Source: an uncultured Spirochaetota bacterium
Lineage (GTDB): Bacteria > Spirochaetota > Brevinematia > Brevinematales > JAOACQ01
DNA length: 64,000 nucleotides
Assembly (NCBI GenBank): GCA_963835575.1
Contig: CAWIGG010000006.1
Span: 101,151 to 165,150 of the forward strand
Direction of reading: 5' to 3'
The position numbers were made by a program, and so were the translations under genes. The stretch's first letter is position 1. Each line of letters begins with the position of its first letter. Below, piece by piece: positions 36,184 to 45,454 of the stretch. A model generated the notes under the pieces. That model was not told the DNA's origin, ran no database searches, and saw nothing but the letters and a program-made list of their open reading frames with translations.

Positions 36184-37686
36184 TCATTTTGTCTTGAGAT
36201 ATTTATTGTAGATCCATCCCATCACCTTGTTTTTTTCATCGTAAACATAGCTCCATTTTCCCTTTTCGGCTATCACCAGCACCTTGTCTCCCTTCACAAG
36301 TACCGACGCTATGTAATATTGAGTATAGTTTTTGGACTCTTCGGCGGTCTTATCCCAGTCCTTGAAAGATTCAAACTCTATACGTCTCACGGCGACATAG
36401 TCCCCCGTCAGGACAGCCTCCGCCGGATCCTCAAGCGACAGCCGGAGCGCCGTTCTGTCCATCGTGATTTCGAAATCATCCTTTTTTACCTTGATATAAC
36501 CCCGGTTCATGGCGTAAGCGACAACATTTGAAGCGCTTTCGATCACGGGAAACATCAAGGGGTATACTCCATTGCGGTTTTTTTGGTAAATAATATTGCC
36601 GTCTTTGTCTCTGAAATAATCGCCGAGATTACCGTTTTCGTTGGCGGGTATAGTTATATACTTCCCATCCTGTCCCTCGTTTGATATAATATAAAAATTA
36701 ATATTGTTTGAAATTAAGCCTTCCTGATATTTTGATGTTTCAATTTCGATAATAGCGGTATCATTGTCGTCTGTTAAATAATAATAAGCTTTGACAGCAT
36801 CCCCTTTCTTAAGTTCCGTAAACTGGATGTTGGTCAAGCCGGGATCTGCATCTGAGGAATAGATTGAAAAGTAAACGGGTAGGGGCTTGTTGATCACAAT
36901 TTTATCCCTTATGGACACCGCTTCGCAGTTTCCGCTGTCCGGATTAAGGACAAGAATCCCGTTTTTCCCCAAAAAAAAGATTTTGCTGTTAAAATAACCG
37001 GTATCGATCAGATCGACCGCCATCGGCAGCCTGAAGAAGGCGTTTCTTTTTTCATTGAACAGGACATAGTTGTCTTCAGGAAGGTCCAATGTGCCCATTC
37101 CGGCCGTTTTCTTTCCGAAAATGATCAGGTCGACATTGCGGAATTTATAGAATTTTTTAATTTCGCACTGTGTATCCATCTCGAAGTCGACGCGCTGTCC
37201 GGTGCCGGTATCGAAAAAAGTGCAATCGCATTGAGCAGAATCGGGACTAACCCCGACGTTTGCTACAAAAAGGAACCTATTGTTGACAAGAGCAAATGCC
37301 GGCGGATAATCGGGGGTGAATTCAAATTCGCCTTTTATCGCGGAATTTTTTGCCTTGAAAGAGTATTTGAGAAAGTATCCTTTGAATGAATAATTCAATA
37401 CGCCGTCCTTGAAACGGTAAGTCCCGGTATAACTTTCCCGGTCCTCTTTTTTTATCTCGTAACTTTGAATCGAGCTCGAGCCTTTATATTCGTTCTTTTT
37501 TGCCAGGTTTTCCAGGAACAGCGTTTTATCGAGCCTTCCGGGAGACCAGTATATTTTTGCGTTGGTGACCAGTAAGGATGATTGCAGGGAATCGGAAAAA
37601 CCGATTTTTTTAGGACTTACAGGATCGCCGTAAATCATGGAAATACAATTGATAAGTATCATAAGCGGGATGAAAATGAATTTCAT
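36184..37686 (-). CDS. secreted protein with C-terminal SH3b-like domain, paralog A
   Basis: AGGAGG SD before the ATG at 37686, then the signal peptide MKFIFIPLMILINCISMIYG. The C-terminus is GDKVLVIAEKGKWSYVYDEKNKVMGWIYNKYLKTK. It is collinear with the next gene. Confidence 0.7.
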   Translation of the reverse strand: MKFIFIPLMILINCISMIYGDPVSPKKIGFSDSLQSSLLVTNAKIYWSPGRLDKTLFLENLAKKNEYKGSSSIQSYEIKKEDRESYTGTYRFKDGVLNYSFKGYFLKYSFKAKNSAIKGEFEFTPDYPPAFALVNNRFLFVANVGVSPDSAQCDCTFFDTGTGQRVDFEMDTQCEIKKFYKFRNVDLIIFGKKTAGMGTLDLPEDNYVLFNEKRNAFFRLPMAVDLIDTGYFNSKIFFLGKNGILVLNPDSGNCEAVSIRDKIVINKPLPVYFSIYSSDADPGLTNIQFTELKKGDAVKAYYYLTDDNDTAIIEIETSKYQEGLISNNINFYIISNEGQDGKYITIPANENGNLGDYFRDKDGNIIYQKNRNGVYPLMFPVIESASNVVAYAMNRGYIKVKKDDFEITMDRTALRLSLEDPAEAVLTGDYVAVRRIEFESFKDWDKTAEESKNYTQYYIASVLVKGDKVLVIAEKGKWSYVYDEKNKVMGWIYNKYLKTK

Positions 37687-37835
37687 TTTGATCCTCCTGA
37701 AATTTAATGGCTTTCCGGTAAAGATTTTCACTTTTCCATTCAGGGCATATTTTGACACAAGCTCTTTGGTCCATTTTTCAAGCTCCATAGTTTTATCTCC
37801 TTGTAGCAAAGGAGCCAAAATATTTATAAACGGAA

Positions 37836-39374
37836 CTATACTTTCGCTTTAAGGTATTTATTATATATCCATCCTGATTTTTGATTCTTGACATCATTCA
37901 CAAAGCTCCATTTTCCCTTTTCGATCAAAACGAATACCGTGTCACCGGTCATAAGTCTTGATAGGATGGGATAGTTTGAATATTCCTTCGAATCGTCCGC
38001 GGATTTTTCCCAATCCCTGAAGGCTGCCGGATCGAGATTTCTCAGATAGACATTATCCCCGGTCAGGGCGGCTTCCTTAGGCTCCTGGATCAGGATTTTA
38101 AAATTCTGCCTGTCGGCGTTAAAATCGATACCTTCCGGGTTCGGCTGGATTAGGCGGCGGTTCATTTCGAAATAGACTTGGTCCGGCGTCTTTTTAGTCA
38201 GAGGGAACGAAAGCGGGTAAATCCCCCTGCGGTTATTCTCATAGATGACGGAGCCGTTCGTGTCACTGACATAATATCGGTGAAATGAGTTGTTCAGATC
38301 GAAGACAACGGAATAGGAATCGTTCAGCCCGGCGGTATGATTGGTTATTACAGAAATAAAATCGTTTGAGACCGTCCCTGTCCAATGATAAGACGTATCG
38401 ATTTCGATGAGAGGATCGCCGTCCCGGTTGGTCGTATAAAAATAAGCCCTGATATCATGGCTGTCAGGGCCAATATGTTCCAATTGAAGGTTCGTAAATC
38501 TGAAATTAAGAAGCGGGTAGCCGTTCGTATCGCTGTATTCGTCATAGACAGGTAGGGAAACCGGTATAGTATTATGGATTGTCAGTCGGCGGTCCAGGGT
38601 CATAAGGGTGCTCTCCCCGCTCAGGGGATTGAAGGCAAAAAGCCCCCGGGTCGTCACGAAAATCAGTTTATTGTTATCATTCCGGGCATCCAGAAGGTTT
38701 CCGGGCACCGGAAACCTCATGAAGACATTCTTCTTTTCGTTGAATATGACATAGTCGTTTAACGGTATCAATATGCGGTTGATGCTCCGATTGCCGGGAT
38801 TTCCGAAAACAATGACCGTGATGTCTTTGAATTTCTCGGCAAGCTTGATCTCGGCCCGTTCCATACCGAAGCGCAGATTTTGTCCTGTGACAATATCATA
38901 AAAAGCACAGTCCATCAAATCGTAATCGGGATCTATTGCCCGCGAAACGACCATAAGAAGTCTGCCGCCGATCAAGGCGAACTCCGGCGGCTGAGAGCTG
39001 TCGGTCTGAAATTCCCCTTTGATGATATTTCCATTCTTCATTTTAAGGCTGAATTTGCCGGATATTCCCTTTACCGAATAATTCAGAACGTCAGAGCCGA
39101 AATTGTGCGATCCCGAATAATCTTTCGAGCCTTCTGTAGCCGGGCTGAATTTGTTGATTTTTAAGCCAGTGAGGGCGTTCTTTTTGGAAAGGTACTCGAA
39201 GAACAGGGATTTATCGAGCCTTCCGGACAACCAGTAGATCTTGTTATTCGTGACCTCGAGAGACGCCTGAGAGCACTCCTGAAAGTCGATGGTTTCCGTA
39301 GTCATAACATCGGCGATCGAAAATGTTGCAGGAATCAGCATAATGACGATGATGGGAATTAAAGAAAGTCTCAT
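37836..39374 (-). CDS. secreted protein with C-terminal SH3b-like domain, paralog B
   Basis: Signal peptide present. Shared blocks include VTNNKIYWLSGRLDKSLFFEYLSKKN and a C-terminus GDTVFVLIEKGKWSFVNDVKNQKSGWIYNKYLKAKV. Confidence 0.7.
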   Translation of the reverse strand: MRLSLIPIIVIMLIPATFSIADVMTTETIDFQECSQASLEVTNNKIYWLSGRLDKSLFFEYLSKKNALTGLKINKFSPATEGSKDYSGSHNFGSDVLNYSVKGISGKFSLKMKNGNIIKGEFQTDSSQPPEFALIGGRLLMVVSRAIDPDYDLMDCAFYDIVTGQNLRFGMERAEIKLAEKFKDITVIVFGNPGNRSINRILIPLNDYVIFNEKKNVFMRFPVPGNLLDARNDNNKLIFVTTRGLFAFNPLSGESTLMTLDRRLTIHNTIPVSLPVYDEYSDTNGYPLLNFRFTNLQLEHIGPDSHDIRAYFYTTNRDGDPLIEIDTSYHWTGTVSNDFISVITNHTAGLNDSYSVVFDLNNSFHRYYVSDTNGSVIYENNRRGIYPLSFPLTKKTPDQVYFEMNRRLIQPNPEGIDFNADRQNFKILIQEPKEAALTGDNVYLRNLDPAAFRDWEKSADDSKEYSNYPILSRLMTGDTVFVLIEKGKWSFVNDVKNQKSGWIYNKYLKAKV

Positions 39375-39384
39375 TCAAATCTCC

Positions 39385-40170
39385 TCATATCCCGAAATCG
39401 TATTCGATGGAAACCCTTCCGTTTTGATGCTTTTTAAAAATAAGGGATGCGAATGAAGATTCCACTGCTTGTTTATAATCTTTTCGTATTTTTAAATACT
39501 GAAGATCTGCGGTGCCGGTATGGGGAAGGGATAACGTATGCCGGGCGGCCTCAAAATGATAGTTTGTGAATTCTTCATCATTATTCAGAGCCAAATTGCT
39601 CTGATCAGCCGGGATATCGGTGCTTTTATTTATCGATTCCGTATAGTATTTTGTTATCAGATAGGCTTCCTCGATTGTTCCGGCCGGGAGATAAATAATA
39701 TATCTGCCCCATTCCCATCCCAGATCCGACTTGACAACGATGCCGTTTTCGTAAACGTCCACCGTCTCGGTCTGGGACGATTCCCCGGTATCGCCGGTAT
39801 CGTCCAGCAATACATGGTCCCGGAGCTTGAAATTGTTCGAGATATAGCTGACGAGGTCCGGGCAGGTTTTTTCCGGCGGTTTGAACCTTGTCAGATAGCC
39901 GCCGAAAACATAGCCGGTTTTATTGTCATAACGGACTTTTGCCCAATTTCCGGCAATGCCGTCGTCCATCAATTCCGTCTTTCCGGTTTGTTCAAGAAGA
40001 GTCACTTTGCCTTTGAATGGTATTTTTGCCAGGAGCTTGCTTTCTTTACCAGGCTGTTCCCTCAAGGAAAGGTATGTCGAGCACAAAGCATAATATTCGT
40101 TGCTTTGCTTCTTATCTTCGCCGCTGCAGAATACCGGGAAAAGGAAAAAAAGAATTATGAAGAACCTCAT
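39385..40170 (-). CDS. lipoprotein with N-terminal SH3b-like domain
   Basis: Lipobox (FPVFCSG), then LSLREQPGKESKLLAKIPFKGKVTLLEQTG...GNWAKVRYDNKTGYVFGGYL. Confidence 0.65.
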   Translation of the reverse strand: MRFFIILFFLFPVFCSGEDKKQSNEYYALCSTYLSLREQPGKESKLLAKIPFKGKVTLLEQTGKTELMDDGIAGNWAKVRYDNKTGYVFGGYLTRFKPPEKTCPDLVSYISNNFKLRDHVLLDDTGDTGESSQTETVDVYENGIVVKSDLGWEWGRYIIYLPAGTIEEAYLITKYYTESINKSTDIPADQSNLALNNDEEFTNYHFEAARHTLSLPHTGTADLQYLKIRKDYKQAVESSFASLIFKKHQNGRVSIEYDFGI

Positions 40171-40512
40171 TTTATCCTCCTACGAAAAATTAAAAAATGA
40201 AGGGACATGGTGTACCGGGTCTGCCGGAATAGCGCATGAAATTACATCGCATCTGCTATGTTTAAAATAATTCTGTTTTCAACCGTAATGGATTCGTTTA
40301 AATTATGATAATGCCCGATTAAATGATCCTTCAATATTTCACAAGCCCTACTATGAGTGTTATCGCTGACCAAATGTGTAAAGGAATAGGCCTTATTGAA
40401 AATAAAATTATACGCTTCTTCCAATTTGATCTTTTCTTTCCATTTCCAATCGGCTCCAGCTTTCTCAATATTGGGTTTTTCTACAGATTCGTTGAGCGAA
40501 GTTGTTGGCCAT

Positions 40513-41298
40513 CTATACTTGAGCTTCTACTTCCAATCTTTTCATTTTAACATGACAAATATTATTTTTATCTAAAGGATATTTTTGAATATAATCTTCA
40601 GCAATTTCATTAATTAAAATATTCTTCTCATTTTCTTGGACTCTTTGGATATAAGACGAAAATGCTGTTCTAATCCAGTCAAATAATCCTTCTTTTCCAA
40701 TTTGCGTCATATCTTTATCTATTAACTCGACTCTTTTAGCTTTTAAGCCAGCTTCTAATATCCAGTTCATATATTCATCTTTATCAAAATACCAAAATAG
40801 ATTTGTAAAATCTTTAAAATAACTTTTCCATTTCTCCTTTTTAATAATATTTTCTACTATTGCAATTAAATCTTCTTGATTTCCTTTTCCACCCATCTGT
40901 AAAAAAACTTTTCCATCTGGTTTTAAAGCTTTTTTTATTTTTTTTAAAACAGTTAACTGATCATTTATCCAATGAAGTGTTGCTGTCGAAAAAATAATAT
41001 TAAATTCTTTTTCAAAATTAATATTCCTTGCATCTATAAATAGAAAATCAATATTTTTATAATTTGATTTATTATATTTATTTTTTGAATAATTTATCAT
41101 TTCTAATGAAGCATCTATTCCTAATATAAAACCTTGGGGAATTAATTTTGATATTTCAGCAGTAATTATTCCATCACCACAACCAATATCTAATATTTTT
41201 TCAGTTCCTTTTAATGATAGTTTAGATATTAATTCAAAAGCCCAATATTTTTGTTGAGATGAACTTTTATTATAATCTTCAGGATTCCACTTAATCAT
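40513..41298 (-). CDS. class I SAM-dependent methyltransferase (small-molecule/Tam-like), AT-rich
   Basis: Motif I ILDIGCGDGIIT is present, with a Methyltransf_11/25-like layout. GGAGG SD upstream. Confidence 0.75.
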   Translation of the reverse strand: MIKWNPEDYNKSSSQQKYWAFELISKLSLKGTEKILDIGCGDGIITAEISKLIPQGFILGIDASLEMINYSKNKYNKSNYKNIDFLFIDARNINFEKEFNIIFSTATLHWINDQLTVLKKIKKALKPDGKVFLQMGGKGNQEDLIAIVENIIKKEKWKSYFKDFTNLFWYFDKDEYMNWILEAGLKAKRVELIDKDMTQIGKEGLFDWIRTAFSSYIQRVQENEKNILINEIAEDYIQKYPLDKNNICHVKMKRLEVEAQV

Positions 41299-41315
41299 TT
41301 AATTAACCTCCAAAT

Positions 41316-41501
41316 CGCCAACAATTTCAGCTAACGGTGCGGCTTGGCGACGTTTTGCGGTCCGAAGGACTGGCGCGACTTTTGCGTCCCACGCAGCAAA
41401 AGTCGTGACAGAGCCAAATGTGTCCGCAGGACCGAGGACCGCCCGGAGACCGCAGTCGAGGACGGACCGGAGCGCTAAGCCGTCGTTGTGCGAAGTTGGC
41501 A
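41316..41501. repeat. GC-rich ~190-bp imperfect palindrome between two AT-rich ORFs (attC-like layout)
   Basis: Minus-strand reading: TGCCAACTTCGCACAACGACGGCTTAGCGC...GCCGCACCGTTAGCTGAAATTGTTGGCG. The terminal boxes GCCAAC/GTTGGC pair. An internal hairpin CGACTTTTGC/GCAAAAGTCG is present. Confidence 0.7.
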
Positions 41502-41966
41502 TTAATTTTTGATAATTAATAAGTCTTCATTTGATGGTATTTCACCATTTTTATATTTATGTAAATCACAGTATAATAGCAATAAAATTATTGAACCAAA
41601 TCTCAATTGTTTCCAGTTTTTTCCTTTTGATTCATCAATTAAATCTTTTGCATATTTAGCTAAATTTGGACATTGATCAGCTAACTTTCTTGATTCTTTA
41701 ATTATAAAACCTTCATTTCCATTATTTATATGGTCTTGAAATTCTTTGATAAATTCATCATCTTTAATATTATTTTGAAATCTTATTTTTGATGTTATTT
41801 GCATTGCGAGCATTTCTGCATCTTGTAAATTTGATAATTTACTTTGAACATCAATTACATTAATATTTTTAATTTTTTCCCGGCTCATTTTTTTCATAAC
41901 ATTAGTAATTACCATAATTAGTATTATAACAACAACTATAAAACCTAATACATAAATAAGAGTCAT
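41502..41966 (-). CDS. hypothetical protein with N-terminal TM helix, AT-rich
   Basis: 154-aa ORF with a GGAGG SD. N-terminus MTLIYVLGFIVVVIILIMVI. No family recognised. Confidence 0.55.
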   Translation of the reverse strand: MTLIYVLGFIVVVIILIMVITNVMKKMSREKIKNINVIDVQSKLSNLQDAEMLAMQITSKIRFQNNIKDDEFIKEFQDHINNGNEGFIIKESRKLADQCPNLAKYAKDLIDESKGKNWKQLRFGSIILLLLYCDLHKYKNGEIPSNEDLLIIKN

Positions 41967-42050
41967 ATATCAAAACCTCCAACTAAAATTAATGCCAACT
42001 TCGCACAGACGGTGCGGCTATACGACGTGGCGGTGGTGTTTTTCTAATGT

Positions 42051-42950
42051 CTATTCTTCAATAAAATAATCCGTATCTACTTTGCTAATTTTAAAACTTC
42101 TTTTAATAGAAACACCCACTTCATTTTCAATCATTAATTCTGTCAATTTCTTTCCATCAATTAAAATTATAGCACAATCAATATTTTGTGCATATTCAAG
42201 TGCTTCTTTTGAAAATGAGGATGTTGTAATAAATATTCCTTTTTTAGCTCTTTTGCCTTGAAGTGCACCAACAAATTTTTGTATTTCTGGACAAACAACA
42301 ACATTATCCCATTTTTTAGCTTGAAGATATATTTTATCTAATCCCAATTTATCTTCCTTAATTATTCCATCAATACCTTCATCATTAGTTTTTTGAGTTA
42401 CTTCACCATTTTCAATATCAGAACCACCATAACCAATTTTAATTAATAAGTCAACAACTAATTTTTCAAAAAAGTATGAAGAACCATCTTTTATTTGATT
42501 AATTAATTGGAGTGACAATTCATCCGTTATTTGTTTAAAGCCAATTTCAATTAATTCATCTGGAGTTTTTTCCAATATTTCTTCACTGGTTTCTATGGAA
42601 TCATCTTTATCTGGATTTTTATTTTTTGAAAAAGCAGGAAATTCTTTTAAAAATGAAATAGTTATTTTAACCGGTGGGCTTTTTAAAACCTTTTTACCGG
42701 TAATAGTAATTTGATATTCTCCTCTGCGTGGTGATGATATTAAATCAGCCTTTTTCAAATATGCCATAGCCCAGGCAACCCTATTATAATAAAGGGGCTG
42801 AGTACCGGAAGAAATCTTTTCTTTTTGTTCATCATCAGATATTTTAAAATGGTTAATCATTTCTAATCTGATATCTCTATGTGTTTTTATTGTATCGTTC
42901 TTTAAAGCATTGAGCATTGGTAACATAATAGACTGAAAATCAGGTATCAT
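42051..42950 (-). CDS. mrr: Mrr-type restriction endonuclease (type IV)
   Basis: Mrr_N-like winged helix (LPMLNAL...YNRVAWAMAYLKKADLI...GEYQITITGKKVL). The Mrr catalytic core FEKLVVDLL...DEGIDGIIKEDKLGLDKIYLQAKKW is also present. Confidence 0.8.
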   Translation of the reverse strand: MIPDFQSIMLPMLNALKNDTIKTHRDIRLEMINHFKISDDEQKEKISSGTQPLYYNRVAWAMAYLKKADLISSPRRGEYQITITGKKVLKSPPVKITISFLKEFPAFSKNKNPDKDDSIETSEEILEKTPDELIEIGFKQITDELSLQLINQIKDGSSYFFEKLVVDLLIKIGYGGSDIENGEVTQKTNDEGIDGIIKEDKLGLDKIYLQAKKWDNVVVCPEIQKFVGALQGKRAKKGIFITTSSFSKEALEYAQNIDCAIILIDGKKLTELMIENEVGVSIKRSFKISKVDTDYFIEE

Positions 42951-43024
42951 AAGTATTTCTCCTTGAAAATATAATTCACCAGCCCACCGCCAGGTCGTCT
43001 AACTAATAATATATGAATAAAATA

Positions 43025-43975
43025 CTATCCCGGCATCAAATATCCGCCGCTTTTTCTGAGTATTTCTGCGTAGGCGGCGACGCCTTTTTCAAGAGAAGTG
43101 AATTCTTTCGAGTAGCCGGCATTGCGGAGCTGTGCGAGATCGGCGCGGGTATAGCCCTGGTATTTACCCTTAAGCTCTTCGGGGAAAGGAATGAACTCTA
43201 TTTTTGAGCCCGGGAACGATCCCTCCATTATTTCGGCGATTTTGAGAAAGCTCTCGGCCTGTCCGGTGCCGCAGTTAAAGATGCCTTTCTTTGAGGGGTT
43301 TTTCCTGAAAAAGAGATTGATGTCTACGATGTCTTTCACGAAAATAAAATCCCGTAAAAAATCCGCGCTTCCCTCAAAAAGCCTGATCCGGCTTTCTTTC
43401 ATGATCTCATTATAAAAATGATAGACGACGGAAGCCATTCTGCCCTTGTGGTTTTCCTGCGGGCCATAGACATTGAAGTACCGGAGGCCTATGATCTGGC
43501 TCCTGCTTCTATGAATGATCTTTCTGACATACTGGTCAAAAAGGTATTTGGAAAAGGCGTAGATATTCAGAGGGTATTCACAGCTTCTTTCCTCTTTAAA
43601 GCCTTTTTTACCGTCGCCGTAAACCGAAGCGGAGGAAGCGTAGATAAAGGGGATCCTGTTTTCCAGGCAGAAATGGAGGACAAGCTTGGAATATTCGTAA
43701 TTATTTTCCATCATATATTTGCCGTCCTGTTCCATCGTGTCGGAGCAGGCACCCTGAAGAAAAATGCAATCGATCTTTAATTTATTGAGATGGTTTAAAC
43801 TCCTGACGAAATCCAGTTTGTCCATATAGTCGGCGAATTCCAGGCTGTTGAGGTTTTTATGCTTTTCACTATTCTTAAGATTATCAACAATCAGAATGTC
43901 CTTTTCAGACTCATCATTCAGGCCCCTGACAAGGTTAGATCCTATAAAACCAGCTCCTCCCGTGACGACGATCAT
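43025..43975 (-). CDS. hldD: ADP-L-glycero-D-manno-heptose-6-epimerase
   Basis: MIVVTGGAGFIGSNLVRGLN...ILIVDNL...YASSASVYG...YAFSK is the classical RfaD/HldD pattern. It has a 4-nt overlap with hldE. Confidence 0.9.
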   Translation of the reverse strand: MIVVTGGAGFIGSNLVRGLNDESEKDILIVDNLKNSEKHKNLNSLEFADYMDKLDFVRSLNHLNKLKIDCIFLQGACSDTMEQDGKYMMENNYEYSKLVLHFCLENRIPFIYASSASVYGDGKKGFKEERSCEYPLNIYAFSKYLFDQYVRKIIHRSRSQIIGLRYFNVYGPQENHKGRMASVVYHFYNEIMKESRIRLFEGSADFLRDFIFVKDIVDINLFFRKNPSKKGIFNCGTGQAESFLKIAEIMEGSFPGSKIEFIPFPEELKGKYQGYTRADLAQLRNAGYSKEFTSLEKGVAAYAEILRKSGGYLMPG

Positions 43976-45390
43976 GATTTTCCAGCCTCCATTTTTTTGA
44001 TGGTATTTGTTGTCGAGTATCCTTTTAGAAAGGGAATAATAGCGGTCCGCCCGGCGAATTCTCTGCCGATGACATCTTCCGCTTTATAATCGCCGCCTTT
44101 GACCAGAATGTCCGGCCTGACGGAGCGGATCAGCCTGGCTGGAGTATCTTCGCCGAACAATACAACGGCATCTGTGACTTCCAATGCCGATAGGACTTCC
44201 GCCCGGTCGTTTTCATTGTTAACCGGCCTGCTTTTCCCTTTCAGCCGGCGGGTTGAAGCGTCGGTATTGAGGCCGATGATAAGGACGTCGCCCATTTCTT
44301 TGGCTTTTCTGAGGTATTCAACATGGCCGCGGTGCAGGATGTCAAAACAGCCGTTTGTAAAGACTATGGTTTTCCCGTCTTTTTTCCATTCTTTAACCTT
44401 GTTTAACAGTTTCGGCAGAGGCATGATTTTGCTTTCTTCTTTTTTCTCAAAGGATGTGACCAGCTCCTTTTTATTTATTGGGACAGTGCCGAACTTGCCG
44501 ACGACAATACCGGCGGCCTTGTTGGCCAGTCTGACCGCGTCAGCAAGATTCATGCCGCATGCGATGCCGGCCGACAGCGCCGCTATGACCGTATCGCCGG
44601 CTCCGGAAACATCATAAACGTCCCGCGCTTCCGTCGGAATATGAAAGACATTTTTCGGCATGATCAGGCTCATTCCCCGTTCAGAGCGGGTGACAAGAAG
44701 GTTATTAAAAGAATATTTCTTTAATATTTCCCTGCCGTGTTTTTCTATCTCGGCGTCATTGTTTTTAATGTCTTTTCCTGAAATCTCCCCGAGTTCTTTG
44801 AGGTTCGGGCTGACGAGAAAGGCATTCCGGTATTTTTCCCAGTCATTCCCCTTCGGGTCTATAATGACTGGTTTTTTGTATTTTCTGGCAGCCGCGATTA
44901 TTTTTCTGCAGAGGGCCGGTGAACAAAGGCCTTTCGCGTAATCGGAGATAATGACGGCCTGTACCCGGCCGATCAATAAATCAAGTTGCTTTTCTATTCT
45001 ATTAATGAGGGCTTCCGAAGGTTCCGCGGCCTCTTCGAAATCCAGCCGCGCGATCTGCTGGTGCTCGCCTACTATCCTGAGTTTTGTGATGGTTGGAGTA
45101 TTGGTCTGAATGAGGAGATCTTCAATATGGATTTTTTTCAGAAGGCCGGCCATGATTTTTCTATTCCCGTCTTTGCCGGCCGTACCGATCAGGAATGACC
45201 TTGCTCCCAGACCGGCGATATTATTCGACACATTGGCCGCGCCGCCCAGCGCGTAGCGGCAGCTCTGGATTTTCACTACTGGCACAGGCGCTTCCGGTGA
45301 AATCCTGCTGACGCGGCCTGTGTAATACTGGTCGAGCATCACGTCGCCGATGACAAGAATGGCCGCCTTTGAAAAATCAGGTATGTTCAT
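43972..45390 (-). CDS. hldE: bifunctional D-beta-D-heptose 7-phosphate kinase / heptose 1-phosphate adenylyltransferase
   Basis: The N-terminal ribokinase-like domain has ILVIGDVMLDQYYTGRVSRISPEAPVPVV and DVSGAGDTV. The C-terminal cytidylyltransferase domain has IVFTNGCFDILHRGHVEYL. Confidence 0.92.
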   Translation of the reverse strand: MNIPDFSKAAILVIGDVMLDQYYTGRVSRISPEAPVPVVKIQSCRYALGGAANVSNNIAGLGARSFLIGTAGKDGNRKIMAGLLKKIHIEDLLIQTNTPTITKLRIVGEHQQIARLDFEEAAEPSEALINRIEKQLDLLIGRVQAVIISDYAKGLCSPALCRKIIAAARKYKKPVIIDPKGNDWEKYRNAFLVSPNLKELGEISGKDIKNNDAEIEKHGREILKKYSFNNLLVTRSERGMSLIMPKNVFHIPTEARDVYDVSGAGDTVIAALSAGIACGMNLADAVRLANKAAGIVVGKFGTVPINKKELVTSFEKKEESKIMPLPKLLNKVKEWKKDGKTIVFTNGCFDILHRGHVEYLRKAKEMGDVLIIGLNTDASTRRLKGKSRPVNNENDRAEVLSALEVTDAVVLFGEDTPARLIRSVRPDILVKGGDYKAEDVIGREFAGRTAIIPFLKGYSTTNTIKKMEAGKS

Positions 45391-45454
45391 AGAACGTCCT
45401 TTGTTAAATATTATTCAAATTGTCATAAATTATAAATATCGAACAGCTCTTCTG

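Noticed and set aside
40242-40512. Fourth island ORF (60 aa from TTG; the frame is open back to the methyltransferase stop)
   Set aside because: It was not called as a gene because it has no canonical start or SD and no recognisable family. It may be a truncated cassette remnant next to the solo repeat arm, and is mentioned only as context.
41299-41502. 67-aa ORF (MPTSHNDGLALRS...) between the TM-protein gene and the methyltransferase gene
   Set aside because: It coincides exactly with the GC-rich imperfect palindrome, has no SD and is Ala/Arg/Gly-rich with low complexity. I interpret it as a repeat rather than a gene.
40513-42950. Mrr plus methyltransferase as a restriction-modification pair
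   Set aside because: The methyltransferase has a small-molecule (Tam/UbiE-like) class I layout, with no DNA-methyltransferase motifs (no DPPY/NPPY or PC-ENV signatures seen). Mrr-type enzymes act alone on modified DNA.
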